Of a stretch of DNA of 64,000 nucleotides, positions 44,615-52,606 are shown one piece after another. The stretch is taken from positions 950,379 to 1,014,378 of the forward strand of contig OZ251500.1 of the NCBI GenBank assembly GCA_965242755.1, in the 5' to 3' direction. This DNA comes from Dehalococcoidia bacterium (GTDB lineage: Bacteria; Chloroflexota; Dehalococcoidia; Lucifugimonadales; Australimonadaceae). Under the pieces are notes generated by a model. It was not told the DNA's origin, ran no database searches, and was given only the letters and a program-made list of their open reading frames with translations. The position numbers were made by a program, and so were the translations under genes. Numbering within the stretch: position 1 is the first letter of the stretch; each line of letters opens with the position of its first letter.

Positions 44615-45412
44615 ATGACGCCGCAGCCCGCTCATACGCCGCAGCCCGCCCATACGCCGCAGCGCCAGTTCGGACGCCTCGCCGCCGCCTACCGCGACAG
44701 CAAGACGCACGCCCGCGGCGGCGCGCTCGTCTCCGCCGACGCGCTACTCAGCCCAGGCCGGCGCTACGGCGTCGCGGTCGACGTCGGCGCGGGCCCCGGC
44801 TTCTCCGCGTTCGCCGTCGCCGGGCGGTGCGGCCGCGTGATCGCGACCGACGTCACGCCGGAGATGCTGGAGCAGGCGCGGTCGCTCATGGAGGAGCGCG
44901 GCGCGCCCCAAACCGAACTGGCACTCGCCGCCGCCGAAGCGCTCCCCTTCCGCGACGGCTCCGTCGACCTCGTCGTCTGCCGCACCGCCGCGCACCACTT
45001 CTCGGACGCGGACGCATGGCTCGCGGAGGCCGCCCGCATCCTCTCGACGGACGGCGAACTGATCCTGATCGACACCGTCTCGCCGGACGATCCGGAAGCC
45101 GCGGCGTGGATGCATGCCATCGAGGTATGGCGCGATCCCTCCCATTCGCGTAACCTGTCCGCCAGCGATTGGACGGACGCCGCGCGCCGCGCCGGGCTCC
45201 GCGTCGTCGAAACCGCCCTTTCCCGCGTGGATCTGGAGTATCCGGACTGGACGGAACGGGCGGGAATGTTGGAAGATGAGGCCGCCCGGCTCGGACGCGC
45301 GCTCGCGGATGCGCCCCCGCCGGCGAGGGAAGCGTTTGGAATTGCGCCGGAAGAGGGCGGCGCCGTCCGCTTCTTTTGGCCTATACTTGCAATGAAGGCC
45401 GTGAAACCGTAG
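44615..45412 (+). CDS. Class I SAM-dependent methyltransferase (type 11-like)
   Basis: VAVDVGAGPGFSA (motif I), VDLVVCRTAAHHF, DGELILID. Confidence 0.8.
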   Translation: MTPQPAHTPQPAHTPQRQFGRLAAAYRDSKTHARGGALVSADALLSPGRRYGVAVDVGAGPGFSAFAVAGRCGRVIATDVTPEMLEQARSLMEERGAPQTELALAAAEALPFRDGSVDLVVCRTAAHHFSDADAWLAEAARILSTDGELILIDTVSPDDPEAAAWMHAIEVWRDPSHSRNLSASDWTDAARRAGLRVVETALSRVDLEYPDWTERAGMLEDEAARLGRALADAPPPAREAFGIAPEEGGAVRFFWPILAMKAVKP

Positions 45413-45451
45413 CGGCGCCGCGCAAGGCGGAGCCGGACAAGGAGGGAACGC

Positions 45452-47254
45452 ATGACGACAGCCGCATCAAAGAGAACCGTGCCAGTCAACGGAGTGTTTT
45501 TCGTCATCGCCGACAGCCGCGAATGGACGGAGTCGGTGGTCAACGCCGCTCTACAGAGCAGGCCCAAGATTGCCAAGGGCGTGCGGGACGCGCTGAACGC
45601 CGCAATCGACAACGAGCCCCGCATATCGGTGGACGGCTTTCGCAAGTCGAGCCTCGCCCCCGCCGCGCGCCTCGTCGGGCCGATCTGCGGCGCCCTCGCC
45701 CGAGGCAACGACAAACTGGGGTCGGTCGTCCTCAGAGTCTGGACGGACTCCAACGACGCCCTCGCCGACGCCGTCCGCGCCCACCTCCAAGAACAGGACA
45801 TCGCCGACGAATACGATCCCAGGCGCGAAGCGTTCGAGTCCATTTGGTCAATGTCCCGGTGCATGGAGGAGCGGGACGCCATTGTGGAGAAGAACGCCGA
45901 CGCGGAGTTCGACAAGGACGACGTCGCGCTGATGCTCTGCCTGATCGCCGGCAAGTTCCCCGAATCCGAAACGCGCATCCACTCCCCCCTCTTCGCCGAA
46001 TGGCTCGACAAACTGAGCAGCCTCCCGTCGGACGCGCCCGAATGGGAAGAGTGCACCAAGTTCCTCCTCGCCGCCTACGCCATCACCCAGAAAACCGTCG
46101 ACAACCGCAACAAGGAGCAGCGGGCGCGCCTCAGCGAGCGCATCGAAGAGATCCTCGAGGAGTTCACGGAGGAAACCCAATACCTCGACGTGGACGTCAG
46201 TTCGTGGGTGGAGGACGCCTCCGCCAAGACGGACATCCTAGGGGAAGCGGCGGACTTGGCGGGGCGGCTCAACGCCGCTATCAAAGCCTACAGCGCCGTT
46301 CGTCCCCAGGCGCCGACCCGCGGCGAGGAACTGGAGCGCGCCGAAAAGCGCAAAGAGTACGAAGCCGACATCCTCCGCCTCGTGGAAGAGTGGCGCGACC
46401 TGATGAACACGCCCGACCGCCCGGCGCTCCCCGGCCTCGGCCCGGACGACCGGGACGAAGACGAAGACAAGGGCGGCGCGTCCTCCGAAGCCTACGCCGC
46501 GCTGGAGTCCGAGAAGAACGACCTCGCCGCCGAGACCGCCCGCATCAAGCAGACGCTCGACGCGCTCCGCCAGGCGCAGGAGAAACTGCGCGCCGAAAAA
46601 GACGACCTCGCCGCCGAGAACGCCCGCGTCTCCCAAGCCCGCGACACCCTCCAAATCTCCTACGACAAGTTGCGGACGGAGAAGGAGACCCAGAGCGACG
46701 AGATCAGCGACCTCAAGCAGGAACTCTACGAGAGCCGCCAGCGCGAGGAGTCGTGGCGCGAAACCGCCGTCGCGATGCAGGCGCAGGGCGAAGAGGAGGA
46801 ACTGCCGCCGATCAACAGCGTCCGCGACGCCATCGCCGCCGCGGAGGCGCGCTTCCCCGACCAGTTGGTGTTCGCCCTGAACTCCAAGTCCAACGAGGAC
46901 ACCGCCTTCCAGCGCCCCATCGAGGTCTACGACGCCCTCGCGTGGCTCGCCACCGAGTACCACCCCATCCGCGCCAACCCCACCGGCTCCGACCCCGACC
47001 TCGACATCCTCCTCAGGGAGGCGTGCTCCGGCTGGGCCTACGTCCCCCATCAGTCCTACGTGACGATGGGCATGTACCCCGAGTGGTACAAGGCGGAGCA
47101 CAACGGCTCCACCTACGAACTCACGCAGCACCTCCGCAAAGGCACCAGCGGCAACCCCCAGTACTCCATCCGCATGGCGTTCGCGTGGGACAGCGACCTC
47201 AAAAAGGTGATTATGGGCTACATCGGCCCGCACCAGCGCAACCAGGCGAGTTAG
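45452..47254 (+). CDS. Orphan 600-aa protein: N-terminal domain, acidic coiled-coil, conserved-looking C-terminal domain
   Basis: GGAGGGA RBS. Internal 28-aa tandem repeat (NDLAAETARIKQTLDALRQAQEKLRAEK / DDLAAENARVSQARDTLQISYDKLRTEK). C-terminus ..HLRKGTSGNPQYSIRMAFAWDSDLKKVIMGYIGPH. Confidence 0.7.
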   Translation: MTTAASKRTVPVNGVFFVIADSREWTESVVNAALQSRPKIAKGVRDALNAAIDNEPRISVDGFRKSSLAPAARLVGPICGALARGNDKLGSVVLRVWTDSNDALADAVRAHLQEQDIADEYDPRREAFESIWSMSRCMEERDAIVEKNADAEFDKDDVALMLCLIAGKFPESETRIHSPLFAEWLDKLSSLPSDAPEWEECTKFLLAAYAITQKTVDNRNKEQRARLSERIEEILEEFTEETQYLDVDVSSWVEDASAKTDILGEAADLAGRLNAAIKAYSAVRPQAPTRGEELERAEKRKEYEADILRLVEEWRDLMNTPDRPALPGLGPDDRDEDEDKGGASSEAYAALESEKNDLAAETARIKQTLDALRQAQEKLRAEKDDLAAENARVSQARDTLQISYDKLRTEKETQSDEISDLKQELYESRQREESWRETAVAMQAQGEEEELPPINSVRDAIAAAEARFPDQLVFALNSKSNEDTAFQRPIEVYDALAWLATEYHPIRANPTGSDPDLDILLREACSGWAYVPHQSYVTMGMYPEWYKAEHNGSTYELTQHLRKGTSGNPQYSIRMAFAWDSDLKKVIMGYIGPHQRNQAS

Positions 47255-47271
47255 CGCAGGAGCGCCCATGC

Positions 47272-47495
47272 CGCCCTGCCCGCGTAGGCGGGAATCCAGT
47301 CGGCGCGCAAGCGCCTCCTTCTGGGAGAGGGCAGCCGCGTAGCGGCGGGCGAGGGTTGCGCCCTGCCCGCGCAAGCGGGAATCCAGTCGGCGCGAAAAGC
47401 GCCGCCCACGCCCTCTCCTTCTGGGAGAGGGCAGCCGCGAAGCGGCGGGTGAGGGTTGCGCCCCGCCCTGACCGCGAAACCGGGAACCTACTGGC
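47272..47495. repeat. Mosaic repeat cluster
   Basis: Two copies of cccgcg.a.gcgggaatccagtcggcgcg..ctccttctgggagagggcagccgcg.agcggcggg.gagggttgcgcc, then ccgcgaaaccgggaacctactgg. Confidence 0.9.
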
Positions 47496-47520
47496 CGCCG
47501 GAAGTTACGCAACCGCTCGC

Positions 47521-48036
47521 CTAGCGGCGCGCCCTGAACGCGGCCGCTCGCTCTGTTCGCGCGTCGGCCCGTTCCCAGTAGCGCCTGTTCCTGTTGTTTC
47601 GCGGAGGCGGAGGAGCGTCGCGGGGCAACTCGCGGTTGGCCTTCTTGAGAAGAGCCAGCAGTTCGGCGCCGTCCTTGCGCCGAATCTTGATCTCCTCCAT
47701 ATCGTACCCATCGGCGTAGAAATTGACGTGCAGGTTGTTCACGCTGTCGAACAACAGCCGGATTCTGTCGTCGCGCATCAGGTTAGCGATATGCCCGATG
47801 ATGACCCCGGCGTCCGCGTGCGCCGCATACGGCCAGTCGCGCGGCGCGGCGACCGTCTTCAAGGCATGGGCGACCGCCCCCCAGACCTTCTCGGAGGCTT
47901 GCAGCCTGTCGCCGTTCTTCACCATCAAGCCGGAATGCTTGTAGAGAGCGTCCCGATGCTTGCCGTGCGAGGTGATCGGCTGCTCGACGTCGCCTATCTC
48001 AACAGCCCTCACGGCGTCTCGCGTTCCTTCGACCAT
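47521..48036 (-). CDS. PaREP1/HEPN-like helical protein, paralog 3
   Basis: NGDRLQASEKVWGAVAHALKTVAAPRDWPYAAH (R-x6-H) and NLHVNFYADG. Convergent with the 600-aa gene. Confidence 0.6.
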   Translation of the reverse strand: MVEGTRDAVRAVEIGDVEQPITSHGKHRDALYKHSGLMVKNGDRLQASEKVWGAVAHALKTVAAPRDWPYAAHADAGVIIGHIANLMRDDRIRLLFDSVNNLHVNFYADGYDMEEIKIRRKDGAELLALLKKANRELPRDAPPPPRNNRNRRYWERADARTERAAAFRARR

Positions 48037-48153
48037 CCTGCGCCTCCTCCTAATCAGAATACCACGAAAAGCGGCAATGAATTGCGTAATCTATGGCCTT
48101 ATCCGTTGCGGCCGGGCCCGTCGGCAGAGAACGTGCAACTCCGCGCTGACGTA

Positions 48154-48636
48154 GATTCCTCTTTCGCGGGAACTACCCCTGCCGCCATTCCCGCGCAAGC
48201 GGGAATCCAGTCGGCGCGAAAAGCGCCGCCCACGCCCTCTCCTTCTGGAGACCTTTGCATAACTCCTCTGCCCCAGTAGGTTCCCGCTTTCGCGGGAATG
48301 ACGTGGCGCTTACGTAGGAGAGGAGCGGCGCTCCGCGCCGCCTGGATTCCCGCCTACGCGGGAATGACGGTAGGTTATGCAAAGGTCTCTTCTGGGAGAG
48401 GGCAGCCGCGTAGCGGCGGGTGAGGGTTGCCGCCCACGCCCTCTCCTTCTGGAGATCTTTGCATAACTTCTCTGCTCCAGTAGGTTCCCGCTTTCGCGGG
48501 AATGACGGGGCGCTTACGTAGGAGAGGAGCGGCGCTGCGCGCCGCCTGGATTCCCGCCTACGCGGGAATGACGGTAGGTTATGCAAAGGTCTCCTCTGGG
48601 AGAGGGCAGCCGCGTAGCGGCGGGTGAGGGTTGCCT
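48154..48636. repeat. Largest mosaic repeat cluster (about 480 bp; modules A, B, D, E in both orientations)
   Basis: Contains gcgggaatccagtcggcgcg, ccctctccttctggagacctttgcataactcctctgccccagtaggttcccgctttcgcgggaatgacg, ggattcccgcctacgcgggaatgacggtaggttatgcaaaggtctc, gggagagggcagccgcgtagcggcgggtgagggttgc, each about twice. Confidence 0.9.
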
Positions 48637-48663
48637 GCGCAGCGGCGCGCGCGGCCCGTCGCG

Positions 48664-49089
48664 CTACGAGCGCGTAGGGAGCGCGACGACGGCCTCCCCG
48701 GTCGTCGTTCGGACGCCGGCGCCGTTCTCGATCCAGATTTCGCAGCGCGCCGTCCCCGCCGCCTCGTCCTTCTCCTTGACGACGCCCCGGCAGGCGAGCG
48801 CGTCGCCCGGAACGTCCATCTCGCGGTAGCGGACGGACAGAGAGAGCAGCCGCCCTTCCGGGCCCGCCCAGTCGGTCATCAACTGGCCGAGGAAGGCGCT
48901 CTTCAGCGCGCCGTGCAGGATCACGCCCGGAAGCCCCTGCGCGTTGGCGAAATCCTTGTCGTAGTGGATCTCGTAGAAGTCGCCGGACGCGCCGGCGTAC
49001 ATCGCGAGTTGCCGCGTCGTGGGGCGCTTGGTCAGCGGCGGAATCTCCGCGCCGACGGCGACGTCGTTCAGGTAGGGCTGGGCGCTCAT
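48664..49089 (-). CDS. MaoC-like (hot-dog fold) dehydratase
   Basis: YAGASGDFYEIHYDKDFANAQGLPGVILHG matches the MaoC pattern. Confidence 0.8.
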   Translation of the reverse strand: MSAQPYLNDVAVGAEIPPLTKRPTTRQLAMYAGASGDFYEIHYDKDFANAQGLPGVILHGALKSAFLGQLMTDWAGPEGRLLSLSVRYREMDVPGDALACRGVVKEKDEAAGTARCEIWIENGAGVRTTTGEAVVALPTRS

Positions 49090-49505
49090 AGGGCGGGCAT
49101 CCTGATGATGGTGTTGCGCTGCGTCGCGGCGAGTTCCCCGCGCTGGTTCGCGTAGCGCGTGAGGTAGGTTGCGATGAGCATCGGCCCCATGCGCCCCTCG
49201 CGCTCGGCGAGCGACTCCATTTGCGTGACGAACGTGATCACGTCGCCCGGCCGAACCGGCTCGCCGTAGGTCCAATCGCTGCCGCCGTCGAGCGCGCGCG
49301 GCGCGGTCTCGCCGTCGGGCAACGGAGGGATGGCGCGCCCGACGCTTCGCAGGAACGTGGGCGGCGCGACGTCCGGGTACGCGGGGTTGGCGTCGCCGAT
49401 GGCGGCGGCGAACCGCTCGACGGCGCCCCGCTCGACGAGGGCGGACTGCGGCTCGCCGTCTTTCCCGACGGCGGCCTGCATCGCGGGCGTGAGGATCGAA
49501 GCCAT
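49086..49505 (-). CDS. MaoC N-terminal-type hot-dog domain protein (partner subunit)
   Basis: ERGAVERFAAAIGDANPAY..APPTFL. ATGA-type overlap with the MaoC gene. Confidence 0.7.
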   Translation of the reverse strand: MASILTPAMQAAVGKDGEPQSALVERGAVERFAAAIGDANPAYPDVAPPTFLRSVGRAIPPLPDGETAPRALDGGSDWTYGEPVRPGDVITFVTQMESLAEREGRMGPMLIATYLTRYANQRGELAATQRNTIIRMPAL

Positions 49506-49525
49506 TGCGCGCGCTCCGTCCGCCC

Positions 49526-50764
49526 CTAGAAGCCGCCGACGTCGGCGGCGCCGGGCGGCGGCGCGTAGTCGGTGTACGCCCACTCCGGCATCGTGCTCTC
49601 CAGCCCCTCCAGGCCGATCATCCGCTCGAACTCTCGCCGGATCGCCGGATCCTGGTCGGGATAAGCGATGGCGTTGCCGCCGTCGCGCGTGTCCTGCGCG
49701 CCGCCGTCGCGGGCGTCGGAGCCCGGCGCCGCCGAGCGACGCATCCCCGGCCCATAGGGGCCGTCGAAGATGAGGAAGCGAATGCCGTTCGGCGAGGTTC
49801 CGAAGTGCTGATGGAACCAGTCGCCCGTCATCGGCGCCGCGCTGATCATCCCGACGGGCTCGTAATCCTGGCGCTTCACGTCGCCGCCGAGCCCGGCGTC
49901 GAACGGGCGCTCGCCCAGCCGGTCGGGCCACGTGATGCTGTAGCCCTTGCCTCGGATGCAGACGAGGATCGCGCCGGACGAGTGCTTGTGCGCCTTGGAG
50001 TACTGCCCCGTTTCGTACTGGCCGATCTTCATGTAGAAGTTGGCGCCGGCCATGTGGGGCTCGACGCGGCGGTAGGAGAACGACCGGCGGTTGTCGCGCG
50101 GCAGATGGCAGTTCACGATGTCGGGGATGATGTTCGTGCGGCGCATCGCGAGGCCGCGGACGGGGTCGGCGTGGATATCCTCGACGGGCTTGAAGTAGTC
50201 GTCCTCCGCGTCGAAGAGGTCGGTGAACTCGTAGGGGCTGTTGAGGACGAACTCGCCGTTGCGGACGAGGTTGACGATGTTGGGGGCGGTGGTGGCGGCG
50301 AGGAGGAGCGCGGGGCTGGAGGTGGCGTTCACGAGGCGGTGCATCGCGTTCAGCGGGATGCCGAAGAGCGAGCCGGCGCTCCACTCGAACACCTGCTTCT
50401 TCTCGGGGGCGCCGTCCTGCCACACCTCGGTGGAGCCGCGCCCCTCCGCGACGTAGTAGATCTCCTCGTACATGTGCTTTTCGGGGTTGAGCGCGCCCGC
50501 GCCGGGGATTTCGACGACGTACATGCCCCAGAGGTGCTCGGTGCCGAGCAACTGAATGGCGACGCCGTTCCCCCCGAGCCGCTTCCACGGCTTGAGCGGC
50601 AGATCCTGAATGCGCCGGACGCCGATGTCGCGGTGGATCTCGATCCCCTGCGCCTCGATGAAGAGGTCGTAGGCGGACTTCGGCGTTTTCCAGAAGCCGA
50701 AGCCGGCCTTGTTCATCCCCTCGGGCTCGCGCCAGTCCGCCAGTTCCGCCGTTTTCGTCACCAT
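49526..50764 (-). CDS. Bicupin protein (dioxygenase-like)
   Basis: Two cupin-like segments (..HMYEEIYYVAEGRG.. and ..KAHKHSSGAILVCIRGKG..). 412 aa. Confidence 0.6.
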   Translation of the reverse strand: MVTKTAELADWREPEGMNKAGFGFWKTPKSAYDLFIEAQGIEIHRDIGVRRIQDLPLKPWKRLGGNGVAIQLLGTEHLWGMYVVEIPGAGALNPEKHMYEEIYYVAEGRGSTEVWQDGAPEKKQVFEWSAGSLFGIPLNAMHRLVNATSSPALLLAATTAPNIVNLVRNGEFVLNSPYEFTDLFDAEDDYFKPVEDIHADPVRGLAMRRTNIIPDIVNCHLPRDNRRSFSYRRVEPHMAGANFYMKIGQYETGQYSKAHKHSSGAILVCIRGKGYSITWPDRLGERPFDAGLGGDVKRQDYEPVGMISAAPMTGDWFHQHFGTSPNGIRFLIFDGPYGPGMRRSAAPGSDARDGGAQDTRDGGNAIAYPDQDPAIRREFERMIGLEGLESTMPEWAYTDYAPPPGAADVGGF

Positions 50765-50871
50765 AGGTCGCCCTCCGTTCGCGGCAGTGATATGCGCCCG
50801 CTATTCTACACCGCGCGTAAGATGGGCGCCGCCGCCCGCCCACTCAGCCGCCACGCCGCGCTTACGCGCGG

Positions 50872-51519
50872 CTAGTGGCGCCTCGCGACGGCATGCGCGC
50901 TGACCCGCCACTCGGGAACGTCGTCCACGTAGGCTTCGTCGAGCGTTTCGAGACGCTCCGTGTAGGAAAAGTACGTCTCGAAGCGCACGAACTCGCCCGC
51001 CCGGTTTTCGTTGTCCACAAGCAAGCGGTGGGAGTCTATTCGCGCGGCCTCGTAATTCGCCTCTATCTCCTCTTGCATGCTCTCCGCGACCGGCTGGACG
51101 TAGTCTGTGAGATGCGAGGAATTGAGGTTCAGCGGAATCTCCAGCGGCGCGTAGTCGCCGCCGCGCCATTCCCATACCTCCAAGAACGCTTGCGAGAGGT
51201 CGGCCGGCATCGATACCCAACCGCCCGCGCCCCTGTTGTTCGTCAGGTCGGCGATCTGCCGCTGGGCGACCTTGCCGAAGGCGTCGAGGTTGGACTGCTC
51301 AACGCCGCGGAGCGTCACCGTCAGGTCTTCGCCGATGCCCAACACGACCGGCGCGACGATGGACCCTGTGCCAATATCCACGACTGCGGGCATAACGTTC
51401 TCCGGCAGCGCGGTTTCCCCGACCAACGCGATGGACAGGTACGTGTTGACCCCGAGCCAGCCGATGATCAGGGCAAGGAGAAGCCCCAATCCCGCAGCCG
51501 TCTTCCTGCCGATCGTCAT
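50872..51519 (-). CDS. Hypothetical membrane-anchored protein
   Basis: N-terminal TM segment AAGLGLLLALIIGWLGV. No recognised domain. Confidence 0.5.
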   Translation of the reverse strand: MTIGRKTAAGLGLLLALIIGWLGVNTYLSIALVGETALPENVMPAVVDIGTGSIVAPVVLGIGEDLTVTLRGVEQSNLDAFGKVAQRQIADLTNNRGAGGWVSMPADLSQAFLEVWEWRGGDYAPLEIPLNLNSSHLTDYVQPVAESMQEEIEANYEAARIDSHRLLVDNENRAGEFVRFETYFSYTERLETLDEAYVDDVPEWRVSAHAVARRH

Positions 51520-51564
51520 ACTCCCTTGTCCTACTCCCCTTCGTCTCTTGCCGCCGCGCTTGCG

Positions 51565-52593
51565 CTATGACGCGGGCGCTCCCTCGCCGCGCGCCGCCGC
51601 CAGCCTGTCCGCATGCTCTTCCATCGGCGCGCGCCCGTCCCGGAGTTCGGCGATCCGGTCGCGCCAGCGCCGCGGGATAGCGGCGAGGCCGAACCGCGCT
51701 CCGAGCAGCGCTCCCGCGACCGCGCCGTTCGTGTCCGTGTCGCCGCCCGCTTCGACGACGGCGCGCAGACCGCTCTCGAAGTCCGGCACTCGCCAGAGGG
51801 AGACGAGCCCCGCTTGGAGCGTCAGCAGCGTGTAGCCCATGTCGCCTCCGTCGAGTTTCATCGCGGCGACCTCCGCGTCGGCGGCCTGCAGAACCGCGTC
51901 GCGCGCCTCGTCCGGCGCCTCCTCCCGATAGCCGTAGCGCGACAACTCCGGGAGCGACGGACGCATAGCGTCCTCCGTCGCGGCGATGAGCGCTTCCGCG
52001 TCAATCGTTTCCCCGCGCAGGGCCGCCGCGGCTGCGATGTTGATGATGGCGCACGACCATCCGCACCGCTGGTCCCAGTGCGTTGGAACGGCGCTGACGA
52101 CGCTGTTGCGCGCAATCGCCGCGGGGTCGTCGCGCCACCGAATGGCGATGGGGGCGCAGCGCATCGCCGCTCCGTTGCCCGCCGACGCTCCGCCCCAAGC
52201 CTCGCGCGACGCATCCGCTATCGCTATTCCGCGCGGCTCCCTTGCGGCGTCCGCCGCGCCGCGTCCGAGTCGGGGACTGTCGCCGCCGTAGAGCGTGAGC
52301 GCGTCGTGCGTGAGATTCCCGATGCCGAGCCCGTTCAGTTCCGCCCACTCCCAGAATCGGCGGCCCAGGTCGTCCGCGTCAAGCGGCCCCTCCGCCGCCG
52401 ACTCCGCAATGATGATGGATTGCGCCAGGTCGTCGTCGTCCGGATAGCCCGGCTTGGCCGGGATGTCGCGGATGCCGTTCGGGAAGAGCCTCCGCACGGT
52501 CGCCTGCGGCCTGCCCTCCACGGTGACGCCGAGCAGGTTCCCCGCGGCGACGCCCATCATCAGGCCGCGCGCTTTGTCGTTCGCGTCGCTCAT
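51565..52593 (-). CDS. ADP-ribosylglycohydrolase family protein
   Basis: ARGLMMGVAAGNLLG, YPDDDDLAQS, GGDTDTNGAVAGALLGARFG. Confidence 0.8.
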   Translation of the reverse strand: MSDANDKARGLMMGVAAGNLLGVTVEGRPQATVRRLFPNGIRDIPAKPGYPDDDDLAQSIIIAESAAEGPLDADDLGRRFWEWAELNGLGIGNLTHDALTLYGGDSPRLGRGAADAAREPRGIAIADASREAWGGASAGNGAAMRCAPIAIRWRDDPAAIARNSVVSAVPTHWDQRCGWSCAIINIAAAAALRGETIDAEALIAATEDAMRPSLPELSRYGYREEAPDEARDAVLQAADAEVAAMKLDGGDMGYTLLTLQAGLVSLWRVPDFESGLRAVVEAGGDTDTNGAVAGALLGARFGLAAIPRRWRDRIAELRDGRAPMEEHADRLAAARGEGAPAS

Positions 52594-52606
52594 ATCCTCT
52601 GCCCCC

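Noticed and set aside
45376-48279. 967-aa ORF on the plus strand
   Set aside because: It is an out-of-frame shadow of the 600-aa gene. It then reads through two repeat clusters and the antisense of the PaREP1-like gene. The composition is Arg/Pro-dominated, with no RBS and no motifs.
48173-48586. ORFs encoded inside repeat clusters (peptides such as IPAYAGMT, SFPRKREPT, PSPSGRGQPRSGG; for example 48173-48586, 13481-13750, 31045-31416, 60583-60804)
   Set aside because: The recurring peptides are translations of the hairpin repeats in different frames and orientations. There is no RBS and no conservation outside the repeat modules.
48154-48636. CRISPR array interpretation of the repeat clusters (also 25823-26103, 31028-31285, 60603-60797)
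   Set aside because: Several different repeat modules occur in mixed order and both orientations. There are no unique spacers of constant length, no leader and no cas genes. Units are imperfect palindromic hairpins, typical of REP/NIME-like elements.
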